A stretch of DNA of 64,000 nt from Zygnema circumcarinatum SAG 698-1b (GCA_037447605.1 CM074810.1:3878880-3942879); one strand, 5' to 3'. Shown: positions 1 through 12,390, numbered from the stretch's first letter. Notes: generated from the sequence alone by a model not told the origin. A program made the numbers and translations.

Positions 1-44
1 TTTTACACATAGACAGCCTCAGTTCTACAGCGCTGGACCAGCCC

Positions 45-340
45 GTACATAGCGTACGGACACGTTTGGCATTTGGTACGGTACGGATACTCTTGTACCT
101 GGTTGTACCTTTGCAAGGTTGACTGCGGTAACGGTTTCGGTACCGTACAGTTTTTCCCCGACTTCCTTACGGACCGGTGCGAGGTACTGCCTCTAGACTG
201 CGTATGCCACGTCAGGCGGACGGCTTCGGGGGACCACCTTATCCTGAAGCAGTACTGGTGGCCCCTCGAGGAAGATGAGAGCCTGGTACGGCTTCCGCGA
301 AAAGGCTGCGCTCGTTGACAGGGGCCGCCTTGCGGAGTAC
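45..340. promoter_or_regulatory. Dense GTAC (SBP-box/CuRE-type core) cluster upstream of PDK
   Basis: 12 GTAC tetramers counted at 45, 54, 76, 81, 95, 105, 140, 145, 184, 252, 287 and 337; roughly 1 is expected by chance in about 300 bp. The regulatory function is inferred. Confidence 0.5.
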
Positions 341-377
341 TGTTTGCGGACTGCGCGAGGCAGAAGGGTGGCGCACC

Positions 378-419
378 CGCCACGTGGCGCCTCTCGCACT
401 TGCGACGTGCCACGTGGCA
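378..419. promoter_or_regulatory. Two palindromic G-boxes (GCCACGTGGC)
   Basis: CACGTG cores at 381-386 and 411-416, both within perfect GCCACGTGGC palindromes, upstream of the PDK leader. Confidence 0.5.
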
Positions 420-988
420 CTCGCCCCGCCGCTCCCCGCCCGCCGCCACGCGTCGGGCCGCGGGCCGTCCCTTCGCCCCTCCGCCGCCGCTGCAGCAGGC
501 GCCATGGCGGCACGGCGCTGAGGGAGGAGCCTGCCCGCCCCCCGCGGCTTCACTTCCCCCCCCCCCAACTCTCTTTCTTTCTCACTCTCTCTCTCCCCCT
601 CCCCCCCCCTCCCCCCCCCTCCCGCTCTCTCTCTCTCTCTTCTGCGCTCTCTCTATCCCCGGCCCTCCCTCTTTCTGGATAGTGATCGCTTTCTCTCCTC
701 CTGAGAATCTGTCGCTCGCTCTCCGCAGGCGCCTCGTGTGAGAGGGGAGCGCTCGTCTGCGGCGGGAGAGGGAGAGAGAGGCTCTCCCTCTCGCGCCTAC
801 TCCCGAGGAAGCTGCCAGAGCTCCATAATGGCTGCGGCCTGTGAGGCAGGGGGGGCAAGTGGAAGCTGCAGCAAGGAGAGAGGAAGGCTTAGATAGGGGA
901 GGAGAAAGAAAGAGAGTGGGTGGGAGAGAGGAGTGAGAGAGAGAGAAAGTGAGAAAGGGAGGGAGGGAGGGAGAGCGAGGAGGTTGCC

Positions 989-3900
989 ATGGCGGCAGCG
1001 GTAGCGCGGCCTGCGTCTCGGCGGCTGGCAGAAATAGTGCCCTCCAACGTGGTTGCAGATGTGGGTCCCCTCTCCTTTGCTGTCGCTTCCTCGACCTGCC
1101 ATGTGGCGAGCTCTGCTACTTACACGTGGCAGTGCGGGGGTGCAGATTTATCGCTATTCGTTCAAGAAGCAGACAGGTGTCAGCCTCAAGGTGAGCGGCG
1201 GTACCTGCGCGTTATTTAGGGTCAGAGTGGGCGAAAAAATTGCTTCTCAAATGTAGTTAACATTTGCTTGTTCTGCTCTGCACTTCATCGCAAGGTTAAG
1301 GGGGCAATGAAAGTTAAGATTAGGGAAGTTAGGGTTATTGAATGTCATGGTCAGAGGAAAGCGGGGCTCGACGGAGTAAAGGGAAGGGGTGCGAGAGAGA
1401 GGGGACATAGGGACGGAGAGGGTGAAGAGAGAGGACGAGGGAGAGCTAATAAAAGTGAAATTAACATCCTTTTGGGACCCTTTATCTTGGGGGGGGCGAC
1501 GCAGTATATGATGGCCCACGGCGCTTATCCCACCGAGCGAAACCTTTTACTTTCTGCGCAATTTTTGCAGCATGAATTGCCTGTTCGGCTCGCTCACAGG
1601 GTCACAGAGCTCGAAAATTTACCGTACGGACTTTCAACAAAGTCGCCTGTACTGAAGGTGTGGGCTCAATGCACCTCGCTGACTGCAGCTTTAATTACTT
1701 TTCGTTAGCCGGTTGCTTTACTTAATGATAGTTTCAGTCAGCTTATACAGAGGTCAAGGATGAAACTGATTCCAAGGGTCTATGGGTTTGTCAGGTTCGG
1801 GATTGGTATGTCGACTCTTTTAAGGATATTCGGAGCTTTCCAGAGATCCGTGGCAGCCCTGACGAGCTGCGGTTCACTGAACTCATTCATCAGATAAAAA
1901 TGCGGCACAATAATGTCATGCCCACGGTGCGAATCAACACACGGAAACCCTAAGTAACAGAAGAAGGAGAAGAAAGTAGTAGAGAGAAGAAGGAATGGGA
2001 AGGGAAAGGGAAAGGAAAGGGAAAATCATGAGAATAGGGAAGAGTTAGCAGTATCTCTGTCCCTTCATCTCTCTCTTGCTTTCTCTCTCTCCCTCTCTCT
2101 CTTGGACTCTCTCCCATTCCCGCCCTTCTTTCTTTTTTCTTGAACCACCTAAGTTTGAAGTGGGATGTTCTGCAGATGGCTATGGGTATAAGTGAGCTGA
2201 AGCAGGACCTTGGGCAGAAGGTCGGCCTTGACAATCTTCCAGAGATTCATCAGTTTCTGGTTAGTTTCAGGGTTTCTCTCTCCTCTCCCGTTTTCGGTCC
2301 CTTGCTCTCTCTCCCTCCCGTGCCTATCGCTCGACATATTTTCCGTTAATTTTCACTTTCACCAACTCCCTCGCTCCCTTTCTTTTCTCCTTCGTCTTCT
2401 ACTTTCCCTCGTCCTCCCTATTTGTCTTCCTCTCCCTCTCTCCTCTCCCTCCCCTTGGACCACCCCCTCATCCTCTTCCTTGTAAAATCTGGCCGTCGCT
2501 GATTCCGTCAAACGGTGGAGGGTTCGCAGGACCGCTTTTACATGTCTCGAATAGGAATTCGCATGCTCATTGGTCAGTGGCGCTTTTCTTCCTCCCACGA
2601 GATAGATAAAGCAGACGAAATCCATCTTTTATTTTTTCATGAGGAAGCTTTCGACTTTTTCCATTAGAACTGTCGCTACCCATCGCCAACATATGTTGGA
2701 GATTGGGTCGAATTTGATTGGAGATTCATGATATAGAAATAGAATTATAAGACGAGTTTTGAAGCATAGGATAGCGATCTGTATAGTTGAATTGTCCAAG
2801 TGTGACGAGATTTTAATCTTGCTATCTCTTTATGCGTAATACGATATTGCATATTCCATAGCTTGCCGGGAATATGTTTTCCCGAGATGTCAACCAAGTC
2901 GCCTTCAGCTTGATTCAACTTAGGCGAAGAAAACTGTTACATAACATCAAACCCATGGTATTGTTGTGGACAGGGCAGCACGTTGCTCTGCATCAACCCT
3001 CCCCTCCTCCGGGTTACATCGGGTATGGCTCGTTTTCCACCCCAGACCTCATGTTTGTTCTTTAAGACAGCTTTGAAAGCTTCATAAGTTCTGAATGTCA
3101 ACATATTGAGGATTTTTAGGTTGTGATCTGCTTTTTGGGCTGTTCCAGTCTCATCTGCACACGAGTATCTCCAGTAGAAGTGGCGCAAAATGCCATCGAT
3201 GATGCTCGGTCTGCATGCATGAGGACGTACGGATCTGCCCCAGATGTGCACATCTATGGGGACCCGCACTTCCACTTTGCGTAAGTTTCTTCCGTCCATA
3301 TGACGTTGAATCCCACCAACCATAGCATTAAAGAACTTTAAGGGCACCTAGCATTCGCAGGAGACCCTAAGGACAGGAGCTTTTTATCAATCCCAAACTT
3401 TGCAGATACTCTGACTGCCTGGATAGCTCTGGCAACCTTAGAAATGCAACAACCTTAGAAACGGGAAACCCTAGTATTTCAAATCCTTAGTTTTTAAAAA
3501 GCACAGAAGCTTCGGACAGTTTTGGGCAGCTTTAATTTGATTTCTCTTGAGACGAGGAGGGTTTGCATGGCGAGGAGATTTTGCCAGGATTTTTTGCAAG
3601 ATCTTGAATCGTGTGGGATTTCCAAATGAAATGATGATGATGATGATGATGAGATGTGAGCACCAACGGAGACTATTGGTGATGTTGGGTGCGAGCGCAG
3701 ATATGTGCCGACCCATCTCCACCAGATGCTCTTCGAGCTGGTGAAGAACTCCCTCCGAGCGGTCCAAGAGCGCTTCATGGATGCAGACCACGACGCGCCG
3801 CCCATTCGAGTCGTTGTGGCGGACGGCATAGAAGATGTCACCGTGAAGGTACACCCTCCTCTCTCCCCCCTTTTAGGGTTTTTAGGGTTTTTCGAATATT

Positions 3901-4862
3901 CACAGGGACGTGGCTCAAATGTTGCGCTCATTTTTCGTCCCGATTCATGCGTTCGGGGTAGGGTTGGGTTCAGTCCTTTGAGCTCTTCATTTGGTGTGCA
4001 GACAGTCGGTAGGAGAACAGAAACGGGTGTTGAAACAGCCTGCATAGAACTGCTTGCTGTTGTCCTTGCTCGCGTGGAAACTAAAGCTCTTCTTCGCAGC
4101 CACCAAAAGTTTCATAGGCTCGACGATGGAAGGAGCTGTTGGGATTTCTGGAGTTTTCAGGTTTTCTAGGTTTCTAAGGAGAGAGGAGGAATGAAGGAGA
4201 AGTTGAGTGCTGGTTTTCATCTTGCAGATATCGGACGAGGGGGGTGGTATCCCGCGAAGTGGTCTGCCAAAAATCTGGACCTACCTTTATAGTACGGCCA
4301 AGTCGCCTGTAGCAGAAGGCCAAATACAAGATATGCCCAATGTCATGTAAGACAATCGACGCCATAACTTTCCTCCCTTGCTCTCACTCTCTTTCCTCCT
4401 TGTTCAGTGCTCTTTCTCCCCATTCATCGTTTCCCATTCTCCCAACTTTCCTTAACCCGTCCTACCCTTCCCCACTGTTTCTCCTATCTCTTCATTCACA
4501 TTACTTTCCAAAACATCTTCTCGCTCCTTCTCCTCACCTCCTCTCTCTACTCTATCATGCTACACTCTTCACTTCACACTCCGCCTTCCTCCCACCCGAG
4601 TTTCCCTCTCCTTCCCTTAGTGATTCTGCCCACCCGTTAGCAACACTGAAATTCATCAGACCTTCATATTGTCTTCTGAGCCTCGTGTGGAGACGCGTGC
4701 ATGCATGTCCCCAGGGCCGGGTACGGGTACGGCCTCCCCATCAGCCGGCTGTACGCGCGCTACTTCGGGGGCGACCTGCAGGTCGTGTCCATGGAGGGCT
4801 ACGGCACGGACGTGTACCTCCACCTCAACCGCCTCGGCAACGTGCAGGAGCCCCTGCCTTAG
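989..4862 (+). CDS. PDK: Mitochondrial pyruvate dehydrogenase (acetyl-transferring) kinase, about 11 exons
   Basis: The spliced translation gives [93 protein letters not shown] and [21 protein letters not shown]...EPLP*. All are PDK/BCKDK hallmarks, with canonical GT-AG introns (exon 1 989-1060, exon 2 1146-1190, exon 3 1505-1657). Confidence 0.97.
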
Positions 4863-5820
4863 CCAGCCCTCATGCAGGGCGTGCATGCATACATGCATAC
4901 ATGTATGGCTGGCTGGCTCGCCCGTGTGGGCTTTAGGGCACCGCTCTATAATGTAGTGCGGCCAATGCGCCACGCGGATGGGTGGACTGGCCCCTCTCTC
5001 TATGTTCGCTGGTCCGTGAGGAACGGGCGGCTGGCCGTTGCACGCAGTGTTAGAAGGAGCCCATGTGTCCATTCAGCCTTTAACCGGATAGGCCTCCCTC
5101 CCTCCCTCCATAAATAATAAGCCGATCCTTCCCTTTCTTCCCTCCTTTGCTACACCCTTTGCCGAGCTGTCGGGTCCACCAACCAACCATGGCCGCCCGC
5201 CCGCCGGCCCGCCCAGCGCCACTGCGCACGCGCCCCTAAAGTAAAAGTATTTAAAGTTTTAAAGTATTTGGCTTCCCAAAAAAACAAACTGTCAGAACCA
5301 GTTTCTCAAAATGAAACCTTATATTTGTGAACACGATTCATTTTGAGAAATGAGAAATGGATTTCTATTTTTTTTTCTCAATACAATTTTTATGGAGAAA
5401 CAATTGAACGTTTAACAATTACTTATCGTTCGTGTTCAATTTGAATTTTCCTTGGGTCCATCGATCAACAATGAGATTTTTCGGTTGTTCGTACAGAAAT
5501 TGTTGATAGGCTTGCGGGCAGAGCTGTACAAAAAAAGTTAGGCCCGGGTTAACCGGATCATCGCACGGATGAAACGTGCCGAAGATTGGAATCCCACCGT
5601 GTGACCAAACCAATGGTGTCTTTGAACTTTTTCCTTCACACTTTTCGCTTTCTTACATCGAAAAAGTTTCGGCCTCGAGTGTTCAAAGTTCAACCCTGTT
5701 CAATAAGAAATTGAAAATTGAGAAATTACGTAAACTCGTTTCTCAATTTCTCAACCTGTTCGGTTTTACAGTACCGCCCGTCCACCACCACGTGGCGCCC
5801 TCTGTCTGGCGAGTCGTGAT

Positions 5821-8109
5821 TAGGGATGGATTAGTTACGACTATATAATATATATTATATTATACAACTGTGACGACTAGGTAAAGGCTGATATACAGGC
5901 CTCTTCAAATAGGGGATTTCGGCTTAAGATAGGGGACTGTCCCCTAACTTGGTTTTGTAAAAACACGTAAATATGGACTGTACGGACGAAACCGTGCACG
6001 TACGGACGAGAATTTTGTGGAGACCTTACTTCATCATTTCCCAACACTGCTACCGTCGAGTCTGATTTTTTAGTAATTGGATGGGAGAAAGACGAGTTTC
6101 GAAAGAGGTTGACAGACTTTTCATTGGAAGGCATTCTTCACTGCAAACAGTTTGATAGTTTGACCGCTTTTCGAGGGTCTCTTTGAGTAGTTTGCATCAC
6201 TTCTATAGCTGTCTTGATCAGCCTAAAACTCCTAAGGGAGTGGGACCATTTTTCATTTCATTTCTAATTTTAGTTCCTATTTCAGTTTTTCTTTTGTGAC
6301 TACACCTAGAATTTCAGAGGTTATGATTTGGAATAGAGTTTTTGTGAGGAAATTTCAAGACTATGATAGATTCTAAAGTGATACTTGGAGTAATTAATGA
6401 TGGATGGAAAAGGAAATAGAGAGCTTAGGATTGGATCTACAAAGTTTCAGTGCAATTGGGTTTTTGAATAAGCAACTATATGTTGTGATTGCCAAATGCA
6501 CAGTTGTTCTAATTGATTGGTAAAATTTACCAATCTATAAGAGTCGAAGAGGTTGCACCAGTTTTTAAAGCCGTGTTGTTATACCAACAAGTAAAGTTCA
6601 TATACATCATTGCTATCGTGGTTGCAAATGCAATTCATTTCCATTTTGTTTTTAACCAAAAAAATGCTTTTTTGGGGCTTGTGTGGTATTTAAGTTGAAA
6701 TCACGTAAACTAATCTCAAAATCTTACATAAATAAGCTATTTACGATATTTAGGGGATCTCCCCTATTTGAAGAGGCCTGCTGATATATATTAATTTACA
6801 ACGCCTTTACAACATGTGCGATTAGATGCGGTCTAAATACTATTTATGCCGATTGTGCCTATCTTGGCAGAACGCGGCGGGCGAAAACCGGACAAGCGCA
6901 TTTTGCAACTTATTTGGCATGGCAAGATAAGTGGGGTTAAGGGAATTTCTTGAGCTAGTTGCGAGGAGTCTTTGTCACGACTTTTCATGGCGTCGAAATG
7001 GCGAGTGGTGATGAAGGGTTGTGTTGGTGCTGTGGAGTGCACTGCGGCATAGAGCGAGGATCCGGGGATTAGGAAGTGCAGCCTTGTGAAAGGCGTAGGA
7101 TCACGAAGATGTTCCCACCGTGAGTTTGGATTCGATCGCGCCAAGAGCCCTTCCTTGGGGGCTCTCCTCCCCTGTCCTCTCCTCGGCTAGTCTCTTAGCT
7201 AGGCTTCTAGTTATCATTGGTCATTGGGAGGGATGTAAGGCAGGATAGAACAAGATGGTAGCTTGGCATAGTGACAGCAAAGGGAAAACAGGACTCAACT
7301 TAGATAAAGGTTGTATTTTGGAAAGTCACCCCAGCCAGCGGTTGGCTGGGGATTGTCATTACAATGAAAGTATCTTCTCACTGAAATCTTTGTCTGGCTG
7401 GGCTGAATGGGACGTCTAAATGCTATCAGCAAGAAGACTCTTTCTCTCTCTCTCTCTCTCTCTCTATGGCATGGAACTCTCTCTCTCTCACACTTAGCAT
7501 CTGTTGCTGGAACTGAAGAGGAAGAAGAGAAGAACAAGACAACAAACCACACAGCAAATACAAATACTAAGCCCAGCACTAAAAGACAAACTAGCATCAC
7601 TGACATCCCATCTACTTAACACTGACAATAGATCTTGAGCCTTAGCAGTGACAGTCCCTGATTGGCCAACTGCCCACTGAGAGGCCTGACTGACTACGTG
7701 AGGCCTTCTGATAGGTCAACAAATGACAATCGGCGGCATTATGCGGCGCTTCCGAGTGCGCCTTGCTGGATGGTGTGTTGTTCCGTGGGCCGCCAACACA
7801 TGGCGCCGCCTTCTCGCATTCTCCGTCGGCAGCTCCTGGATTACTCCGGTCCGTGACACTGAAGAGGCATATGTCAAGTACAACTGAACTGACGCGGATC
7901 CGTCGAGCGCAGCTCCGTTACGCTACAACGCCAACGCCAAAACGACCTAATTTTGGTATGGTACGAGTACGGTCGTACGGTCGTTAATTGTTCAAAACGA
8001 GTGGGTATAATATATGTAATAAAGTGTTTTACTTTGTAATATATTACTAATTTTAAACCCGTTGTAAAGTATATAATATATTCGGAATTTATAACGCGGG
8101 CCATCCCTA
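5821..8109. mobile_element. Non-autonomous hAT-superfamily DNA transposon (outer element)
   Basis: 9-bp TIR TAGGGATGG (5821-5829) / CCATCCCTA (8101-8109), resembling the Ac-type TAGGGATG end. Exact 8-bp TSD GTCGTGAT at 5813-5820 and 8110-8117. No transposase ORF inside. Confidence 0.85.
5896..6780. mobile_element. hAT-type MITE nested in the outer element
   Basis: Perfect 21-bp TIR CAGGCCTCTTCAAATAGGGGA (5896-5916) / TCCCCTATTTGAAGAGGCCTG (6760-6780). Exact 8-bp TSD CTGATATA at 5888-5895 and 6781-6788. The interior is AT-rich and apparently non-coding. Confidence 0.93.
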
Positions 8110-9026
8110 GTCGTGATATTGACCTCCCGCGGTTGGTCCCGCCCCCAACTGAAGGCCACCATCCGCGGGCCGTGGTTGAATTTCTCCGTACAGTGCGACG
8201 ACTTCTGCGCTAATAACGACAAAGTCCTTGTCAAGTTTGTCGCACGCGTCCAGAAGATACGACCGAGGCCGTCTCGCTCCGCTAGTGGACAAAGAACACA
8301 GAGACGGCCAGGGCGGCGACCTTTGGCAGGTAGCGTCGGGGCGCGTCGGCTGCTCGGCCGTTGGACGATAACTGTTGCCGTTTGGAGGCACGCGCGCGCG
8401 TGCACAGAGAAACGACGAACATGGAGACAGGGGACAGCGCGTGCGGCCGAAGGGGAACTAAAACAAAACAGGCCGCGCGCATGGACAAGGAGCCGCCGCT
8501 TCCCTGCGCTTGGCTGCATGGAGCGGTGGGCTGGCTGGGCCTCTCTCTACGGCGCTTGCCTGCTCGCTTGCAGGTTGAAATGGGCTCGCTCTACGCAGCT
8601 CCGTTCTGTGTTCACTTGATGGCGTCGCCGCCATGGGGCCAATGCCAATGCAAGCCCATTTTTTTAAACAAGGAGTTCCTTAATAGTAACAAGCTATCGT
8701 CTATTTCTTTCACTCATCATTGCATTCCCCGAACACATGTACACATGAGGGGCAACCACGATGATCGCATCGCCATATGGGAATTGAAGCACCTCACTAT
8801 GGCTATGCCGCAAACGACCCAAACAAGGCGCTGATTGAAGAGGGACCGGAGAGACTGGAGGATGAAGCATCTTCGACGCATGGCGGGCACTCAGAGCGAC
8901 TTGCTCCCCTCCCTCTGCTTCTGCAACAGGGAGGTGTCGCAACCCTCACACCCTTGAGCGATTAAAAAGGGTGTGAAGCCCTTCAATAGCTCGAGACGCT
9001 GAACAAAACCCAAACTCTTACGATCG

Positions 9027-10742
9027 CTAAAACCGTTCATCTTGAGAACTGCGCTCACCCAGCTCCCTCCTCCCATGCAAGTGCTCGAACCGCATTGTGT
9101 GATACAGGATGTTCTTGACCAGCGCAGCGCTGCCCTGATCCAGCCCCTCCACAAGCTTCGGAAACTCTCTCTCCCCTGCCCATATTCTGGCGGCCGCGTC
9201 CGCAATCATCCACCCATCGTCCTGCATAGCCTCCATGGCGGCCGCCACTCGCGCTCGGTACGCCCCCTGCTCGCTCCATGGAACGAAGCCGATCGCTTCA
9301 AGGGTGCGGTCCAACCTCCTCACCACCTCTCCAATAGGAGGCACATCGTGCATAGCCATGTGAGCCTCGTTGTCAGTTGGTTCCGAAGAACAAGGCTCAA
9401 ACTCGTGCCCCATACTTGTACTTTTTGGAGCTGCAACTCCTCCATGGCCTTCTTCGGATCTTATTCCTCCATCCGTCTCCTTCTTCGATGCGTCCGCCTC
9501 TGCTTCTTCATTTCCATGACCGTGTCTTTGCGGCTGCTCCGCTGAACCCTCGGCCTTAATGGTTTCGGGCACTCGTCTGTCGTCGCCAGAGCCATCGATG
9601 GGCTTCGTCTTGATAGGAACTGCTTCAGAAAGTTGCCACGAGTCTTTCTCCCATTGGAAGACACTCGGCACTCCGCACTCTGCTCCCATTTAAGAGACAT
9701 TTGTTCGTCCAAGAATCATGAACTGCTCATATTCTCGTCACAAATAAAGGAAATGCCTACTCAAAATAGAGGTTCACATAAATCAAAGGGAAACTTTGGA
9801 GCAAGTGGTGGAAAAAAAAAGAAATGGACAACCCTGATTTTTAAAGCACGTGCAAAGAAGGACAAAGAATATTTACTGAGAAAAATGGATTAAATGCATG
9901 TCCAACGTTTTCTTTTGCTAACATTTTCTGTTTGCAGTTCTATCCATCCAGAGGGTTGTCTGCATTAGTCTGACCACTGCTCACCATAGGCCAACCATGT
10001 CGTTGAGCTGGCCCTCTCAGGTAGAACAGTGGTCCCACTCAAAAGTAATGCTTTTCAAAAGCTTCAAAGGGTGTTTAGCAGTTTGAGCTATATACTCACA
10101 CATTGCGAATGTGAGGCGAACACTACCACATCCTCAAAATGGCATGGATTAGATTGACATGCCTGCAAAAAAGGCTTGCAACCTCTTCTCCACCATTCTC
10201 TTGCAGTCTCCGCCTGTCGTTCGGAGTTCCAGTTCCACTTTCCTGTGCGTCTTTCTCTTGTCGAGGATGAAGAAGGGCAAGCGCTGCACGGCAGCTGCAG
10301 GATACGCTGTCATTGGAGGGCTCACAGCATCGACTAGTTCTAAGAGTTTCTGCATTGAACTCTCGTTTGCGAGCGCTTCTTCAGAAGCTGTTGCAGAACT
10401 GCCATGATGGAGGACCACCTTGTCTCCCAAAAGACTTATAACATCAACAAGGAGAGGATGGTTTATCTCTTTTCTCCGCTTCTGAGGGACGGAAAATTTG
10501 TGGATGAATTTCCTTTGAGCTGCTTCGCACTGTGAGAATCTCACTGAAATAGGAAATCGGCTCTGGAAAGTTCTTAATTCTGAATGGAACGAGTTGCTTT
10601 TGCTTGCATACGACCACTCTGGTGCGAAGTCTGCAGTGCTGTGAAGGAGGGGACGAGGGAGACGCGGAGAGAAGAAATTGTTCTTAGCATGTTTGAGAAG
10701 AAAGATGGCTTGCTTGGAGAATGACCTGCATCGCTGTGGCAT
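9027..10742 (-). CDS. Unidentified protein, possibly mitochondrion-targeted; two ORFs (10149-10742 and 9027-9689) tentatively joined by a GC-AG intron
   Basis: The N-terminus is R/S/F/L-rich like a presequence. The middle (ANESSMQKLLELVD...LPFFILDKRK...VELELRTTGG) weakly recalls DUF4460/TCAIM, but there is no HPD. The C-terminus has GWMIADAAARIWAGEREFPKLVEGLDQGSAALVKNIL. The splice join is hypothetical. Confidence 0.5.
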
Positions 10743-11081
10743 GCTTTCTCACGGGCGAGAGAGAGAGAGCGAGAGAGAGAGACACGGAGCGAGGGGGGTT
10801 CAGAATTCACTCCCCGAAACTGAATTCGCGGTGCGGTGCCGAATCGAAGCGCTATCGCCATCGCTCTCTCCCTTCCCCTTCTCCCTCCCTCCCTGGCGGG
10901 CAGAGGGCCGATCTGCAAACCTTCATGTGGCGGGCGGCAGTCTTGCAGTCTTTTCGCTGAACATCACTCACTCCGCCGGCAGCTTCTCGGGAGCACTTTA
11001 GGGTTTGAGTGATTCGGTAGTCGCCACTCCCAGAGAGACCCATCGGCGACGGGAGAAAAGGCAGACAAGGTCTCGGAATCC

Positions 11082-12390
11082 ATGGACGGGCCCACATCAT
11101 CAAACGATTACGAGCTGCAGCGGCTTCTGGAGGTAGGAGCAAGCTCCTGCGCTTGTGATAAAGGCATTTGAAGTACAGCCTGAAAGGTGGGAAAACTTTT
11201 ATCTAGGAACCTCTGAGGGATCTGAAACGAAAGCGAAGTCTTACCTCCAGGCTGGCTATTGTTCGTTTCAGAAATGGAAGATTCTTTCTTTCTTCCTTTC
11301 TTGGAGCTGATAGGAAGGCCAGTGAGACCTGGAAGCTTTGGAGCGGCTGCAAACCCTAAAGGCGCTTGCTATGCAGGAGAGCTCACGTGGTTAATTTTTT
11401 TTTTCTGGTTTATCTGAATAAAATATAATGCTCAATCTGATAATTATTGCTGAAAGACATGCAAAATTCATTGTGCTTCGCACAGAAGCAGCGGAATCAT
11501 TTATGCAGAAGTTGCAGAGCTCAACGAGACGCACGATTCAAAAGTGTTCATTGTACTTGACCTTGACGAAGAGGCCGCTGCGATAGCTAATGATTGCATT
11601 CGAATTTATGTCGGAATGCATAGGGCTCGTAGGGGTCTGTGAAAGAGGACAATATGAGCCTTACCAGATGACTTTGATCCTTATTCCTTTGGTTCGTCAG
11701 AAGCTTTTTGTGCTGCTCGTTTAATTGTTGGTCGATGGATTAGCTTCTTGGAAAGGGGGCTTGTTGCTGGTAACTTCATTTCTCGTCCTTACATTTCCCC
11801 AATGAATAATACAAAGAGTCTTCAAGATGTTTACTCTGCAACCTCTCTCACTTCGTTTGGAGACGACGGCCTTAAGTGCGCTCAAGGAAGTTGTGGTTTT
11901 TTCAATTTTTGCAACTTCCAGTGCCAAGTCTGTAACGAGAGAGCTGTGCAGGATTCGGCATTTATGTCCTTCACAATCTCCGCGGCTGTGCATGGAACGC
12001 ATTCCTCTTCTCTGCATATCAAGCCCATGCTTAGCGAATCTCTGAATGACATGCATCCAGTCTTCACCCCTTTCCACTATCCCTCTCCCTCTCCCTCTCC
12101 ATTCTATGCCTTCCCATCTCCCACCCCGTCTCCCATCCCCTTTTTATTCCCTCCCCTGCTTGCCGCTGACTGACAAGGAAGGCCCCGTCCGTTGGCAGCA
12201 AGAGAAGCAGAAGGCGATGTTCAACGAGCTGGTGGCGAAGGTGACGGAGTCGTGCTGGGACAAGTGCATTGTGGCCACCCCCGCGGCCAAGTTCAGCGCC
12301 GGCGAGGCCGCATGCCTCGCCAACTGCGCGCAGCGCTTCCTCGAGGTCAGCAGCATCATCCTCCGCCGCTTCGGGGAGATGCAGCGGTGA
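11082..12390 (+). CDS. TIM8: Mitochondrial intermembrane-space small Tim chaperone Tim8
   Basis: Exon 1 (11082-11132, MDGPTSSNDYELQRLLE, GTAGGA donor) and exon 2 (12199-12390, QEKQKAMFNELVAKVTESCWDKC...CLANCAQRFLEVSSIILRRF) give an 80-aa protein with a twin CX3C motif. Confidence 0.95.

Noticed and set aside
3-568. Several overlapping 80-150 aa ORFs on both strands
   Set aside because: No recognisable motifs. The region is GC-rich and packed with GTAC and G-box motifs, which fits promoter DNA better than coding sequence.
6973-7276. Possible solo LTR bounded by TGTCAC...GTGACA
   Set aside because: The flanks (GTCTT vs GCAAA) give no 4-6 bp TSD, and there is no PBS or PPT nearby.
8113-8965. 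GC-rich ORFs of 100-170 aa on both strands
   Set aside because: No domain signature and no coherent splice model.
10400-10560. Firm DUF4460/TCAIM (J-like) assignment
   Set aside because: The expected HPD motif is absent in all three frames; kept only as a weak resemblance.
11133-12198. Nested ORFs or a snoRNA in the 1-kb TIM8 intron
   Set aside because: The ORFs are uninformative, and no convincing C/D box pair or H/ACA architecture was seen.
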